The notes under the pieces were generated by a model that ran no database searches, was not told the origin of the DNA, and saw only the letters and a program-made list of their open reading frames with translations. DNA of 51,898 bases, from positions 1 to 51,898 of the forward strand of contig CAVYCR010000002.1 of the NCBI GenBank assembly GCA_963767115.1. Direction: 5' to 3'. Shown in pieces: positions 51,183 through 51,898 of the stretch. The DNA comes from Candidatus Kaiserbacteria bacterium (GTDB taxonomy: Bacteria; Patescibacteriota; Minisyncoccia; Phycocordibacterales; UBA2100). Within the stretch, counting starts at the first letter, position 1. Every line of letters starts with the position of its first letter. The position numbers and the translations under genes were made by a program.

Positions 51183-51620
51183 ATGCGTAGCAACAAGATC
51201 CTTGTGTATCTCCTCGCACTAACGTCGCTTTGCCCTCACGGCGCATCGGCCTACTTTTCCCAAGAGACGGGCCTTGGTAAGCCGACGGAGTTCATCGGGC
51301 AAGCTACCTTCTGCATCGGCTGGACTGCCGAGACAGACATGGGGGAGATCTTCTACGCCATCAAGCATCATCAGGACGGCCGAGCGATCTTCGAAGCGAA
51401 AGATGAGTGCTACACCGACTGCATCACCGCATCGGTCGGACGCCGCATTGACTATTACAATGAACGGAATGGTCCAAACGTGACGCGGTACGAGGAACGC
51501 GCAGCAGTCACAGCCGACGGCTGGAGGATCTACATGATCGTAATCAATCCACAAGACGCTCTCGTCGAGGTAAGTGATTTTGAGGCCACGAAGTTTGCAG
51601 CCTGCACACAATTACAATGA
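51183..51620 (+). CDS. Orphan secreted protein
   Basis: AAGGAG RBS, signal peptide ending ASA, downstream hairpin near 51643-51669. Confidence 0.65.
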   Translation: MRSNKILVYLLALTSLCPHGASAYFSQETGLGKPTEFIGQATFCIGWTAETDMGEIFYAIKHHQDGRAIFEAKDECYTDCITASVGRRIDYYNERNGPNVTRYEERAAVTADGWRIYMIVINPQDALVEVSDFEATKFAACTQLQ

Positions 51621-51683
51621 CGATTCGCCGAGTCGGCTCCCAAGATCCTGCGCCACTCGCGCAGGATCTCATCATTTCATCAT

Positions 51684-51898
51684 TTATAGATACATCTTGT
51701 CGACGTAGCACCACATGAAATCTTCGCCGGGCGTGACGGAGCGCATGATCGGATGCCCCGTCGCCTCGAAGTGCTTGGTAGCGTGCTTATTCTTCGAGCT
51801 GTCGCAACAGCCGACATGTCCGCACGTGAGGCACATGCGTAAGCTCACCCACGTGTCGCCTGTCTTGATACAGTCCTCGCACACCGTAGCATCCTTCG
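51684..51898 (-). CDS. UBP-type zinc finger protein, 5' end outside the window
   Basis: CEDC...LRMCLTCGHVGCCDSSKNKHATKHF...WCYVD. Confidence 0.9.
   Translation of the reverse strand, partial: KDATVCEDCIKTGDTWVSLRMCLTCGHVGCCDSSKNKHATKHFEATGHPIMRSVTPGEDFMWCYVDKMYL

Overview
The window joins two unrelated genomes. Bases 1 to about 7359 are AT-rich, intron-containing animal DNA that resembles bdelloid rotifer sequence (an inference). It carries an aspartic protease end, a MARCH E3 ligase, a decayed F-box gene, an NmrA-like reductase, a small prepropeptide and the first exons of a mitochondrial type II NADH dehydrogenase. At about 7360 that gene is cut mid-exon and joined to the middle of a bacterial 23S rRNA gene. 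The remaining 44.5 kb is GC-richer Patescibacteria/CPR (Parcubacteria-like) chromosome: an unlinked 23S, rplJL with its L10 leader, a RAYT transposase, two class A beta-lactamase-like proteins, an S-layer-like protein, ftsK, recA, efp, rpsF-ssb-rpsR, tatD, metG, glyS, recO, a RelBE-like pair, ileS, a PIF1-like helicase and orphan genes. A chimeric read or misassembly is the most parsimonious explanation for the junction, and scattered 1-nt indels point to long-read errors. The most interesting signals are: (1) a stand-alone CtrA-like DNA-binding domain in a CPR bacterium; (2) a RAYT with GAGGTCWGACCTC palindromes, a covarying variant of which sits as a doublet inside the 23S rRNA; (3) two copies of a ~120-nt structured element with compensatory changes, each directly after a stop codon; (4) a 100-nt palindrome translated in frame inside a helicase; (5) a phased TGTCYYT array between an HTH gene and ftsK. 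Family assignments come from recognised motifs, not database searches.
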